Positions 1-9,122 of a stretch of DNA of 64,000 bases are shown here, in pieces. This stretch comes from Clostridia bacterium (GTDB taxonomy: Bacteria > Bacillota > Clostridia > Christensenellales > QALW01). The translations under genes were made by a program, and so were the position numbers. Location of the stretch: NCBI GenBank assembly GCA_900769815.1, contig CAAGID010000037.1:13115-77114 (forward strand), in the 5' to 3' direction. Each line of letters opens with the position of its first letter. The first letter of the stretch is position 1. The notes below the pieces were generated by a model that saw nothing but the letters and a program-made list of their open reading frames with translations, ran no database searches and was not told the origin of the DNA.

Positions 1-2
1 TT

Positions 3-428
3 ATGGATATTAACTCTTTAGATAGGTTTTTAAAAGCTCAAGAAAAAAAGCATGAAAAAGCTCTCAATGAAATAAAAAACGGAAAGAAACGGACGCATTG
101 GATGTGGTATATCTTCCCGCAACTACGTGGCCTTGGTAGGAGTGATATGGCGTATATTTATGGTATTAAAGATTTGGAAGAAGCAAAGTCTTATCTTGCT
201 CATACGGTACTTTCTATGAGGCTTTATGAGCTTTGTGGTGTGTTGTTAGAACATAAGGACAAGAGTGCTTATGATGTCTTTGGGGATATTGATGAAATGA
301 AATTAAAATCATCAATGACATTGTTTGCACTTGCAAGTGAAGATAATTCAATATTTCATCAAGTGCTTGAATGTTTTTATAATGGGGAGATGGACAAGGC
401 TACTTTAAAAATTATAAATCGAAAATAA
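3..428 (+). CDS. DUF1810 family protein
   Basis: 141-aa ORF with HWMWYIFPQLRGLGRS-type motif typical of DUF1810. Followed by a hairpin terminator. Confidence 0.7.
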   Translation: MDINSLDRFLKAQEKKHEKALNEIKNGKKRTHWMWYIFPQLRGLGRSDMAYIYGIKDLEEAKSYLAHTVLSMRLYELCGVLLEHKDKSAYDVFGDIDEMKLKSSMTLFALASEDNSIFHQVLECFYNGEMDKATLKIINRK

Positions 429-430
429 TA

Positions 431-459
431 TCCCGCGGTTTTACGCGGGATGTTTTTTT
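431..459 (+). terminator. Rho-independent terminator of DUF1810 gene
   Basis: Stem tcccgcg (431-437) / cgcggga (444-450), then T-run 453-459. Confidence 0.8.
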
Positions 460-467
460 ATAAAACC

Positions 468-489
468 AGTATTAAAAGAAAGTTTGCAA
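468..489. repeat. Left copy of perfect 22-bp inverted repeat (IR-L)
   Basis: agtattaaaagaaagtttgcaa is the exact reverse complement of 9123-9144. A degenerate direct second copy (14/22 matches) lies at 494-515. Confidence 0.9.
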
Positions 490-590
490 TTTTTGTATTA
501 AAAGTGGCTTACAAATGGAATAAAACACGAGATAATATAAGTATAAAAATAAACTTTAGTTTGTTTTGATACTGAAAGGAGTCATCACAA

Positions 591-1298
591 ATGATTTATG
601 GTTATGCACGTGTTTCAACCACACACCAACGAATAGCAAGACAAGTTACTAATATCCTTGCTATTTACCCAAACGCAACAATAATTAAGGAATTCTATAC
701 TGGCACAACTCAAAATCGACCACATTGGGAAAAGTTTATAACGCAAGTAACAAGCGGTGATACCATTGTTTTTGATAGTGTATCACGTATGGCCCGCAAT
801 AGTGAAGAAGGTTTTAAAGATTATAAAAAGCTTTATGAGTCCGGCATCAACCTTGTGTTTCTTAATGAGCCACTAATTAATACTAGCGTACTTGATTCCA
901 CAAAAAGCAAATTGCTAAACGTAAAAATAGAAACCGGCAACGTAGCAGTTGACTCATTTTTTAAAGGTAATATAGAACTAATTAACAATTTCATACTTGC
1001 TATTGCAGAAGAACAAATTAAAGCTGCCTTTGATCAAGCTGAAAAAGAAGTTACCGACCTTCACTCACGTATCAGTCAAGGTATAAGAGAAGCCAAGAAA
1101 AATGGAACACAAATAGGGTTAGAAAAAGGAACTACACTTATAACAGAAAAATCTATTAAATGCAAAGAGATAATAAAAAAGCATGCCATTGAATTTGGTG
1201 GCACGCTTAATGATATGGAGTTAATGACTCTTTGCAAGATTTCAAGAAATTCCTATTATAAATATAAAAGAGAATTAAAACTTTTCAGGACAACTTAA
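591..1298 (+). CDS. Small serine recombinase (resolvase/invertase family)
   Basis: N-terminus MIYGYARVSTTHQ (catalytic Ser motif) and VFDSVSRMARN. 235 aa. RBS gaaaggag 9 nt upstream of the ATG. Confidence 0.85.
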   Translation: MIYGYARVSTTHQRIARQVTNILAIYPNATIIKEFYTGTTQNRPHWEKFITQVTSGDTIVFDSVSRMARNSEEGFKDYKKLYESGINLVFLNEPLINTSVLDSTKSKLLNVKIETGNVAVDSFFKGNIELINNFILAIAEEQIKAAFDQAEKEVTDLHSRISQGIREAKKNGTQIGLEKGTTLITEKSIKCKEIIKKHAIEFGGTLNDMELMTLCKISRNSYYKYKRELKLFRTT

Positions 1299-1310
1299 AT
1301 AAGAAATGAC

Positions 1311-1339
1311 TTGCAAATCCTAATAAATCATATTATAAT
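1311..1339 (+). promoter_or_regulatory. Consensus sigma-A type promoter (TTGCAA-17-TATAAT) for the giant adhesin gene
   Basis: ttgcaa 1311-1316, 17-nt spacer, tataat 1334-1339. Lies directly after the recombinase stop codon. Confidence 0.6.
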
Positions 1340-1345
1340 AAATAA

Positions 1346-1486
1346 GCCAAACTACAATTATATATAAAGAATCGATAATTAAAAGGGGAAAGTATACCCC
1401 TTTGTGTTCGCGCTATGAATTTGATAAAAATGCAAATTCTTTCGGTGTGAGCACAATGGTTCTTTATATCGATGTAGTTTGGCGAC
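1346..1486 (+). promoter_or_regulatory. Structured 5-prime leader domain (long closing helix plus internal hairpins)
   Basis: 11-bp pairing 1346-1356/1473-1483 and 10-bp pairing 1362-1371/1460-1469 enclose hairpins 1382-1403 and 1417-1439. The heptamer gaatttg recurs at 1492-1498. Confidence 0.45.
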
Positions 1487-1506
1487 TATCGGAATTTGCG
1501 TTTTTT

Positions 1507-1540
1507 GTGCGCTTACTTCGGTAGGCGCACTTTTTGTTTT
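1507..1540 (+). terminator. Strong intrinsic terminator inside the leader, 11 nt upstream of the adhesin RBS
   Basis: 10-bp stem gtgcgcttac/gtaggcgcac with a ttcg tetraloop (1517-1520), followed by tttttgtttt. Confidence 0.7.
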
Positions 1541-1552
1541 AGGGGGGTCTTT

Positions 1553-4500
1553 ATGAAAAGATTTTTATCATTAGCTTTGACCATAGCATTGTTGTTATCG
1601 ATTATGCCCACTGGTGTATTTAGTATTGCAACAAGCGCCGAAGCAGTCAGTAGCACTGACACTAAATTTACCATTACCTGGAGAAATAGTAACGGTGAAT
1701 TACTAGGAACAACATCTTGCGATTACGGTGAAACCCCAATATTTGGAGGCGAAACGCCGGTAAGAGAAAGCGATTCACAATACACCTATACATTTACAGG
1801 GTGGCAACCAGAAATAAAGGCGGCATACAGCGATGCTGATTACATAGCTGTATATAGCAAAACTGCACGAAACTCATATACAATTACATACAATGCAAAC
1901 GGAGGGAGTAACGCTCCCGCTTCGCAAACCAAGGCACCGGGACAAACCATTAAGTTGAATTCCAGTAAGCCGACATGGCAAAATCATGTGTTCTTGGGAT
2001 GGAGTTGCGCATATAATGACACTTTATACCAAACAGGAGAAAATTTCAATGTAGATGCAGACGTGACACTATATGCCGTTTGGAAGGACCCTTGTTCATA
2101 TTGTGATGGCAAAGGAGGATCGTACACCTACTCGACTTGCACAACTTGTAACGGCACGGGTGATGGCTCTATCGTAAAGTGCGCTTTTTGTTATGGTACG
2201 GGAAGAAAGTGCGCTAATTGTGGCAACATATCTGTAACGATAATACAGGGCCTTGGACAAGTATGTTCTAGTTGCGGTTCTACATCAAGAAGGAATTGTG
2301 CATCGTGTAATGGTGTGGGAACATGGACAACCGACTACTGCACAACATGTGGAGGCGACGGAACTACAAGCAGTTATAGTTCGTGCTATTGGTGTGACGG
2401 TGATAAACACGTGGAAACCAGTTTTTCCCGTTATGTATATTTGTATTCAGATGATTCGTTAACTGGTAGTAACACAATATATACCAAACGTCCATATCAA
2501 TTAATCGTACCGTCTAAAACTGGCTACACATTTATCGGTTGGTTTGATTCCCCCGACGGTGGCACGCAATATACAAACGGCGAAGGAGTTAGTTTGTCAG
2601 TTTGTCCAGATTCACCTTCCAGAAATCTTTACGCACATTGGAGTTTGAACTATTATACGATCACCTATGATTGCGAACAAAATGTCAACACCCATGATAT
2701 GCCTGTCGTTTACACTGTCGAGGACGAAAATTTTATATTGAATAGCCAATCCCCCCGCGAGCACTATTATTTCTATTGGAGTGTATTGGATACAAAAGTT
2801 GAAAATTTTGATACATCCATAGCACAGGACGTTGTAGTAAAGGGCGTTTGGGATCCAATTAATTATACAATAACATATAATTTAGATGGTGGCACAGCAA
2901 ACAACAGAACCACATATAACATTGAAACCGACACATTCTCATTGGTCGAGCCAACAAAAGCAGGATACATTTTTACAGGCTGGACCGGATCTAATGGTAA
3001 CGTGCCTGAAACGAATGTAACAATCTCAACAGACCAACTTCAGAACCTTTCATTTACTGCAAATTGGACTATAGCTGTCTACACTATTACATATGAGTTG
3101 TTTGGAGGAGAAAATTCGCTCAAGAATCCCACAACCTTTACAATAAATGACAACGTTGTATTAAAGAATGCAACAAAAGATTACTATACCTTTGCAGGTT
3201 GGTATCTCGACTCTGCATTTACTAAAAAGATTACAAATTTAAATGGATACCACGGCGATCTAACACTCTATGCTCGCTTTGTTTCAAATTCCTTCACAGC
3301 AACTTTTGATCCCGAAGAGGGGCATTTAGCACATTATAATATTACTCTTGTTTGGGGTGGAAATTTACAGAATGAAGTTATAAGCTATAAGACCGGCGAT
3401 ACTTTTTATCCATATAAAGTTGATGTTCCCAGTCGCTCCGGATATCTTTTTAACGGGTGGTATTTAGATTCGTCGTTTAGTACCCCTCTGCCAGAAACAT
3501 ATACTATAGCAAGTGACAAAAAGCTATATGCTAAATGGTTCAAACAGTCTGTGACCAACGCTGAAGAACTGACTTTAGGTGATTATAGGTATACTTGTTA
3601 TGGTGATGCAAGTAAAACGGTTTGCTTTTATGTGTCGCCTGAGCATAGCGGGGAAACTGTTGTAAGTTATTATCTGCGTGGCTATAAATATGATGGTGTT
3701 ATGGAAAGGAAATCGGAATTTAGTATAAAAGATCTTACAACAGGAATAACACTATTTTCTAAAAACACTCTGAACGGGTCAGGTTATACTGTTAATAGCT
3801 TTACTTCAATTACGTTGGTGGCAGGACATACGTATCAGCTTTACACCTATACAATTAACAACAGTTACTTTAATGGCGAGGCAGATATTATAATCTCGAT
3901 CGGTGAAGATCCATTTCCACCAACTTTTGTAAGTTCTGCTTTTGCTACCTATGAAGAAAAATATGGTGAAACTATACAATATCCAGTCCCGATACGAAAG
4001 GATTATGATTTTGTTGGGTGGTACGACATCGACGGAAATCCTATTAGCAGTGTTTGGGATTATACGACCGATAAGACATTTTATCCTCAATGGAAGTTGC
4101 ACGAATTTTCAATCAATTATAACTTAAATGGCGGAATAAACAGTTCTTTGAACGCCATTTCCTATACCGTTGTCGATTCAACAATTACATTATTAGATCC
4201 TTCAAAAGAAGAATATACCTTTTTAGGATGGTATACTGACTCCAATTTCCGGAATCAAATTACAGAAATTAATTGCGAAGATAGGTTGGACTATACTCTG
4301 TACGCTAAATGGATTTCAGACTTCTTTGGGGTTAATTATGAATTGTATGGTGGTGTTAATAACCCTTCTAATAAACAGCATATTGGAAGAACTGAAGAGT
4401 TCACACTCCTGGATCCTACCAGAGAAGGATATACATTTGCTGGTTGGTATCTTGAATCTTATTATAGCACCAAGGTAACAACTCTTTACGGATCAGCGCA

Positions 4501-7500
4501 TCGTGATCAAAAAGTATATGCTAAATGGACGCCCAATTCTTATACGGCAACACTTGATTATAGTGGTGGACAAAATTGCCCGACAGTAGAATTTATTTCT
4601 CAAGGAAATGTAATTAAAACTGTTGATCTTTATAAAGATACTACCTTGAGTTATTTTACACCCGAAGCTCCCGCTGCTAACTTAAAGTTTGCTGGTTGGT
4701 ATACAAATTCATCATGCACAACTTTGTTCAACTTTAATGGAATTGTTAACTATGATGTTACTGTATACGCAAAATGGGTTTCCGTTAACACCAATTATGA
4801 ATATGTTTCTTTGGGTGGTTCCTATGACGTTTCGATTTCTGGTATTGAGAGCCAATATCTTGCCATTATGTCGCCCATAACGCAAACAGTGACGGTTTCG
4901 TCTGTTTCGGGTTTGGATTTATTTGGTTCGATATATGATTCCAATATGAATTTGCTGTACAGTTGTGATGATATTTCTGATGAAAATTTGGATTTCTCAA
5001 TTACATTTGTAATAGAAGCAGGAAAAGTATATTACATTGCTTATAAAGCAAACCAAGTATTTGTGAGCGGAAACGCAACAATTAATATATCGGGCACACA
5101 AAATCCCAGCACCTTTATTACCGGAGATTACACCGAAATTATTGAGTGTGTAAATGTAATATATGCATCCTCTTTTGCATTGCCTATTCCAAAACGAAAC
5201 GGATATGTTTTCCGGGGATGGTTTGACGAAAACGATACGCAAATCACAGATGGAACATGGAATTTTGCTGCTAATAAGACTCTGACGGCAAAATGGGCTG
5301 AATGTTATACAGTTATATTCAAAGATTTTGCTGGAAATATTATCTCTATCAAAACACATTGCTTCGGAGAAGAGATAGTAGCTCCTGAGCCGCCCGCAAA
5401 AGCTCCTGATGAAACATATATTTATCATACTAAGTGGGACAATGACTACACAGGAATCTGCACCGGTGACGCAATATATTCTCCGACTTTCGATAAGGAA
5501 TATATTGAGTACACTGTGATTTTTGCTGATGAAGATGGTACGGAACTTTCGAGAGTAAACTACCATTGGGGAGATGCCGTAACCCCTCCCGACACTCCTG
5601 CCAAGGATGCAGACAAGACTTATACCTACACCTTCAAAGGTTGGGATAAGGATGTGGTTGACTGTGCCGGAAATGCAACCTATACGGCAACCTACACATC
5701 TACCTATATTCAATACACAGTCGTATTCGAGAACTGGGATGGGACAATCCTCTCCACAAAGAATTATCATTATGGTGATGCTATAACTGCTCCTGCCAAT
5801 CCCACTAGACCTAGTGATAATACTTACAGCTACACTTTTACTGGTTGGGATAAGGAATTGGTCTGTGATGGTAATATGACCATAACAGCTATATATTCAT
5901 CGCCCTATAACGAATATACTGTTATTTTTAAGAATTGGAATGGCGTAGTTCTATCAACAAAAGCATACCACTATGGTGATAAGGTAATTGCACCAGCAAA
6001 TCCGACTAAAGCATCAGATAATATTTATAAGTACATCTTTGCGGGCTGGGATAATGAAGTTGTGAATTGTGAAGGTAATACAACTTACACGGCAACATAT
6101 ACACCCTCATATATTAATTATACGGTTGTGTTCAAGGATTGGGACGGTGCTGAAATAAGCAGTAACACTTATCACTGGGGAGAAACAGTAACCATACCTG
6201 CCAATCCAACCCGCCCGTATGATGAAGATTACATTTACGCCTTCGTTGGCTGGGATAAGACAATTACCTCTTGCAATGGAAATGCAGTTTATACTGCTAT
6301 ATATAGCAAGACAGCAATTGCGGTTACATCCATTGCTATCACCACAAAGCCAAATAAACTTAATTACCTTGAAGGCGATTCTTTTGATAAGACGGGTATG
6401 GTCGTTACTGCATACTATAACAATAATACTTCTGCTGTTGTGACTGATTACACCGTTAATGGTTATACATCTACGCCCGGTAGCAAGACTATTACGGTGT
6501 CGTATTTGGGCAAAGAAGATAGTTTCTCTGTGACTGTTGATGGAATGCTAACATATATCTATGACGACATAAATCTTACAGCAACAGTAAATAGATGCGA
6601 GAAAAGTGCAACTGCAATAATTATTCCAGCTACAATTGTTAAAAATGGTAAAACCTATAATGTAACAAGCATAGGAAATGAGGCATTTTTAAATTGTTAC
6701 GAAATAACAAGCGTAATTATTCCCAACAGTGTAACTAATATAGGTGACCAAGCGTTTTTTTATTGCAAAGAATTAACAGAAATTACAATTCCCAACAGTG
6801 TAACGAATATAGGCAACTGTGCTTTTTCTTATTGTGAAAAATTAACAAATGTAATTATCCCAAATAGTGTAACAAATATAGGGCCTTCTGCATTTTCCTA
6901 TTGTAAAGGGTTAACAAGCATTGAAATCCCTAATAGCGTAACAAGTATTGATTACAATGTATTTGGTAGTTGTACAAATCTTACAAGCGTAACGATCCCG
7001 CATAGTGTAACAAGTATAGGTGAGAATGCATTTAATTATTGCACGAGTTTGAAAAGCGTAACGATCCCAAATAGCGTAACAAACATAGAAAACGGCGCAT
7101 TTAGGGCTTGCTATCAATTGACAGATGTAACAATAGGTAGCGGAGTGAAAAACATAGGCGATTATGCGTTTGCGTCTTGTAGTTGGCTTACTGGAGTTTG
7201 GTATACAGGCAGTGCCACAGATAGAGAAAAAATTTCCATTGGAATTGAAAACAATCCAATAACAAACTTGTGGTGGCATTGCAATACCTGTGTAGGGGAT
7301 CATACATATTCTGGTGATTGCGATGCATTTTGCGATAATTGTGAATGGATAAGAGAAACAGATATAGAGCACACATATACTAATAATTGCGATACTTCGT
7401 GCGATATATGCCAAGAAGATGGACGTGTGTTACCTCACAATTACGATAGTGATTGTGATACGGTGTGTAATGATTGTTCAGAAATAAGAGAGCCATTAGC

Positions 7501-7756
7501 AACACATTATTATGACAATGATAAAGATATGGATTGTAATGAATGCGGTTATGAGAGATTTACCCCAGGCGACATTGACGGTGTAGAAGGCATTTCTGAC
7601 CGCGATGCAGTATATCTGTTATATCACACGTTCTTGCCTGGTTCATATCCGGTAAATCAGGATTGCGACTTTAATAACGATGGTGAAATTAACGATAAAG
7701 ACGCTATTTACTTGCTTTATCACACGTTCTTACCTGAATCATATCCCATAGGTTAA
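1553..7756 (+). CDS. Giant secreted repeat adhesin with C-terminal dockerin (2,067 aa)
   Basis: Start moved to ATG 1553 (RBS agggggg; signal peptide MKRFLSLALTIALLL). At least ten Listeria-Bacteroides (Flg_new)-type repeats (YTITYNxNGG...GYTFxGW). Also a CxxCxGxG array, two PPC-like domains, five tandem ~66-aa repeats, a Big_3-like domain and BspA-type LRRs (IPNSVTNIGxxAFxxC). The dockerin has two loops, DIDGVEGISDRDAVYLL and DFNNDGEINDKDAIYLL. Confidence 0.85.
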   Translation: MKRFLSLALTIALLLSIMPTGVFSIATSAEAVSSTDTKFTITWRNSNGELLGTTSCDYGETPIFGGETPVRESDSQYTYTFTGWQPEIKAAYSDADYIAVYSKTARNSYTITYNANGGSNAPASQTKAPGQTIKLNSSKPTWQNHVFLGWSCAYNDTLYQTGENFNVDADVTLYAVWKDPCSYCDGKGGSYTYSTCTTCNGTGDGSIVKCAFCYGTGRKCANCGNISVTIIQGLGQVCSSCGSTSRRNCASCNGVGTWTTDYCTTCGGDGTTSSYSSCYWCDGDKHVETSFSRYVYLYSDDSLTGSNTIYTKRPYQLIVPSKTGYTFIGWFDSPDGGTQYTNGEGVSLSVCPDSPSRNLYAHWSLNYYTITYDCEQNVNTHDMPVVYTVEDENFILNSQSPREHYYFYWSVLDTKVENFDTSIAQDVVVKGVWDPINYTITYNLDGGTANNRTTYNIETDTFSLVEPTKAGYIFTGWTGSNGNVPETNVTISTDQLQNLSFTANWTIAVYTITYELFGGENSLKNPTTFTINDNVVLKNATKDYYTFAGWYLDSAFTKKITNLNGYHGDLTLYARFVSNSFTATFDPEEGHLAHYNITLVWGGNLQNEVISYKTGDTFYPYKVDVPSRSGYLFNGWYLDSSFSTPLPETYTIASDKKLYAKWFKQSVTNAEELTLGDYRYTCYGDASKTVCFYVSPEHSGETVVSYYLRGYKYDGVMERKSEFSIKDLTTGITLFSKNTLNGSGYTVNSFTSITLVAGHTYQLYTYTINNSYFNGEADIIISIGEDPFPPTFVSSAFATYEEKYGETIQYPVPIRKDYDFVGWYDIDGNPISSVWDYTTDKTFYPQWKLHEFSINYNLNGGINSSLNAISYTVVDSTITLLDPSKEEYTFLGWYTDSNFRNQITEINCEDRLDYTLYAKWISDFFGVNYELYGGVNNPSNKQHIGRTEEFTLLDPTREGYTFAGWYLESYYSTKVTTLYGSAHRDQKVYAKWTPNSYTATLDYSGGQNCPTVEFISQGNVIKTVDLYKDTTLSYFTPEAPAANLKFAGWYTNSSCTTLFNFNGIVNYDVTVYAKWVSVNTNYEYVSLGGSYDVSISGIESQYLAIMSPITQTVTVSSVSGLDLFGSIYDSNMNLLYSCDDISDENLDFSITFVIEAGKVYYIAYKANQVFVSGNATINISGTQNPSTFITGDYTEIIECVNVIYASSFALPIPKRNGYVFRGWFDENDTQITDGTWNFAANKTLTAKWAECYTVIFKDFAGNIISIKTHCFGEEIVAPEPPAKAPDETYIYHTKWDNDYTGICTGDAIYSPTFDKEYIEYTVIFADEDGTELSRVNYHWGDAVTPPDTPAKDADKTYTYTFKGWDKDVVDCAGNATYTATYTSTYIQYTVVFENWDGTILSTKNYHYGDAITAPANPTRPSDNTYSYTFTGWDKELVCDGNMTITAIYSSPYNEYTVIFKNWNGVVLSTKAYHYGDKVIAPANPTKASDNIYKYIFAGWDNEVVNCEGNTTYTATYTPSYINYTVVFKDWDGAEISSNTYHWGETVTIPANPTRPYDEDYIYAFVGWDKTITSCNGNAVYTAIYSKTAIAVTSIAITTKPNKLNYLEGDSFDKTGMVVTAYYNNNTSAVVTDYTVNGYTSTPGSKTITVSYLGKEDSFSVTVDGMLTYIYDDINLTATVNRCEKSATAIIIPATIVKNGKTYNVTSIGNEAFLNCYEITSVIIPNSVTNIGDQAFFYCKELTEITIPNSVTNIGNCAFSYCEKLTNVIIPNSVTNIGPSAFSYCKGLTSIEIPNSVTSIDYNVFGSCTNLTSVTIPHSVTSIGENAFNYCTSLKSVTIPNSVTNIENGAFRACYQLTDVTIGSGVKNIGDYAFASCSWLTGVWYTGSATDREKISIGIENNPITNLWWHCNTCVGDHTYSGDCDAFCDNCEWIRETDIEHTYTNNCDTSCDICQEDGRVLPHNYDSDCDTVCNDCSEIREPLATHYYDNDKDMDCNECGYERFTPGDIDGVEGISDRDAVYLLYHTFLPGSYPVNQDCDFNNDGEINDKDAIYLLYHTFLPESYPIG

Positions 7757-7772
7757 CAAAAGGAGAAAAATT

Positions 7773-9005
7773 ATGAAAAAGATTTTATCAGTACTTATTT
7801 GTTTTGCATTAATTTTTAGTTTATCAATAACCGCATTCGCTGCTTCTGCTACATTAAGCGGCGTACCTGCTGAGATTAAAAAGGATTCAACCGCAACTAT
7901 TACAGTTAGCGTAAGCGGAAGTCCTTCGGCTTCTTCGGCTTTAGTACAAGTGACTTTAGGCAGTGGTCTTGAACTTGTTTCGGGCGAGTGGAAAAAAGAT
8001 GGTCTTATGAAAGATTTTAATGCTTCTTCCAAAGAAGGTGTTATTGCACTTTCTTCAGCAGGCAGCTTTGACGGAACCGTATTCAGCTTTGTTGTTAAGG
8101 GTAAGACTGTTTCTTCAACTGCACAAAGCATTACCGTTAAATTGACCTTTAAGAACGGCTCAAGCGAGGTGGGTACAGTAAACGCAAGCAAAACTGTTAA
8201 GGTAGTTTGTGCAAGCCACTCCTACGGTGCATACACTAAAAAAGATAGCTCTAATCACACCCGCACTTGTTCTGTTTGCCAAAGCGTTGAAACAAAGGCT
8301 CACACTTGGAACGGTGGTACAGTAACAAAGAATGCAAACTGTAAGGAAGCAGGTAGCAAAACTCTTACTTGCACCGCTTGTAATGCAACTAAAACTGAAA
8401 CTATTGCAAAAACAAGCAATCATACTTATGGCGCTTGGACTCAGACAAAAGCTCCTACTTGTACTGCAAAAGGCAGTGAAAAACGTACTTGCTCAACTTG
8501 CCAAAAGGTAGAAACAAGGGATGTTAAGGCATTAGGTCACAAAATGAGCGCACCTACAATCACAAAACAGGCCACTTGTAAAGAAGAAGGCTCACAAGAA
8601 GGCGTTTGCTCAGTATGTAAAACAAAATCAGTTCAGGCAATTCCAAAGCTTGAACATAAGTTCGGTGAATTTACTGTAACAAAGGAAGCAACCCAAACAG
8701 AAACCGGTCTTAAAAAAGCAACTTGTACCGTTTGTGGTGAGGTTAAAGAAGAAGTAATACCTGCACTTTCTGCACCAGTAACACCTACACCTGAAGCAAC
8801 ACCAGAAGTTACACCTGATGTAGAACCAACTGTTGAACCAACTGTTGAACCAACTGTTGAACCAACTGTTGCACCTGTTGAACATACACCTAGTCCTCAA
8901 ACTAATGGTATTGCTTGGTGGTGGACGTTGGTTGCTGGCGTTATTGGCGCAGGAATCGGTTTTGCAATAGGCATAACCATTAAAGGAAAGAAAAAAGAAG
9001 AATAA
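7773..9005 (+). CDS. Tail-anchored surface protein with N-terminal cohesin-like domain, Cys-rich ~40-aa repeats and a Pro/Thr/Glu linker
   Basis: Signal peptide, then a ~130-aa beta-rich domain resembling cohesin (by eye). 4-5 repeats of H-x-[YW]...C-x3-G...C-x2-C. (EPTV)x4 linker. C-terminal TM helix plus KGKKKEE tail. No LPXTG motif. Confidence 0.6.
   Translation: MKKILSVLICFALIFSLSITAFAASATLSGVPAEIKKDSTATITVSVSGSPSASSALVQVTLGSGLELVSGEWKKDGLMKDFNASSKEGVIALSSAGSFDGTVFSFVVKGKTVSSTAQSITVKLTFKNGSSEVGTVNASKTVKVVCASHSYGAYTKKDSSNHTRTCSVCQSVETKAHTWNGGTVTKNANCKEAGSKTLTCTACNATKTETIAKTSNHTYGAWTQTKAPTCTAKGSEKRTCSTCQKVETRDVKALGHKMSAPTITKQATCKEEGSQEGVCSVCKTKSVQAIPKLEHKFGEFTVTKEATQTETGLKKATCTVCGEVKEEVIPALSAPVTPTPEATPEVTPDVEPTVEPTVEPTVEPTVAPVEHTPSPQTNGIAWWWTLVAGVIGAGIGFAIGITIKGKKKEE
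8823..8870 (+). repeat. Perfect 12-bp tandem repeat x4 (gaaccaactgtt), coding for EPTV x4
   Basis: Four identical in-frame units read directly in the sequence. Confidence 0.95.
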
Positions 9006-9007
9006 TA

Positions 9008-9047
9008 AAAAAGGTTTTTCTGCGCTGACACAGAAAAACCTTTTTTG
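9008..9047 (+). terminator. Rho-independent terminator
   Basis: 12-bp stem aaggtttttctg/cagaaaaacctt followed by a T-run. Confidence 0.85.
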
Positions 9048-9122
9048 TATGGTTATAGTTTTTGTGCAAATGTTTGTTATTAAAAAATCTGTAAAAAGAT
9101 AGTTTGAAATTTATAATGTCAG

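Noticed and set aside
1381-1406. Hairpin aaagggg...ccccttt considered as the serine recombinase terminator
   Set aside because: It lies downstream of the consensus promoter at 1311-1339 and inside the long closing helix of the leader. It may serve both roles, so it is reported within the leader finding instead.
1496-1552. TTG start at 1496 for the adhesin, and analogous upstream starts in the ORF track at 18807, 19872, 22083, 22102, 37401, 39024, 44629, 51293, 55611 and 56786
   Set aside because: The upstream extensions translate the RBS, leader or terminator. Downstream ATGs have proper SD spacing and give canonical N-termini (signal peptides, MAKKKILF of GlgA, and so on).
2253-7414. Internal and antisense ORFs within the giant adhesin gene (2253..2462, 3806..4102, 3942..4127, 4689..4880, 4997..5770, 6219..6443, 6911..7414, 7188..7376)
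   Set aside because: They are fully nested in a long ORF with clear domain repeats, and have no RBS or recognisable domains.
8823-8870. Short regular repeats (also 59364-59530) considered as a possible CRISPR-like array
   Set aside because: The units are 12 or 6-18 bp with no spacers, are in frame and lie inside coding genes. They are low-complexity linkers, not CRISPR. No cas genes are present in the window.
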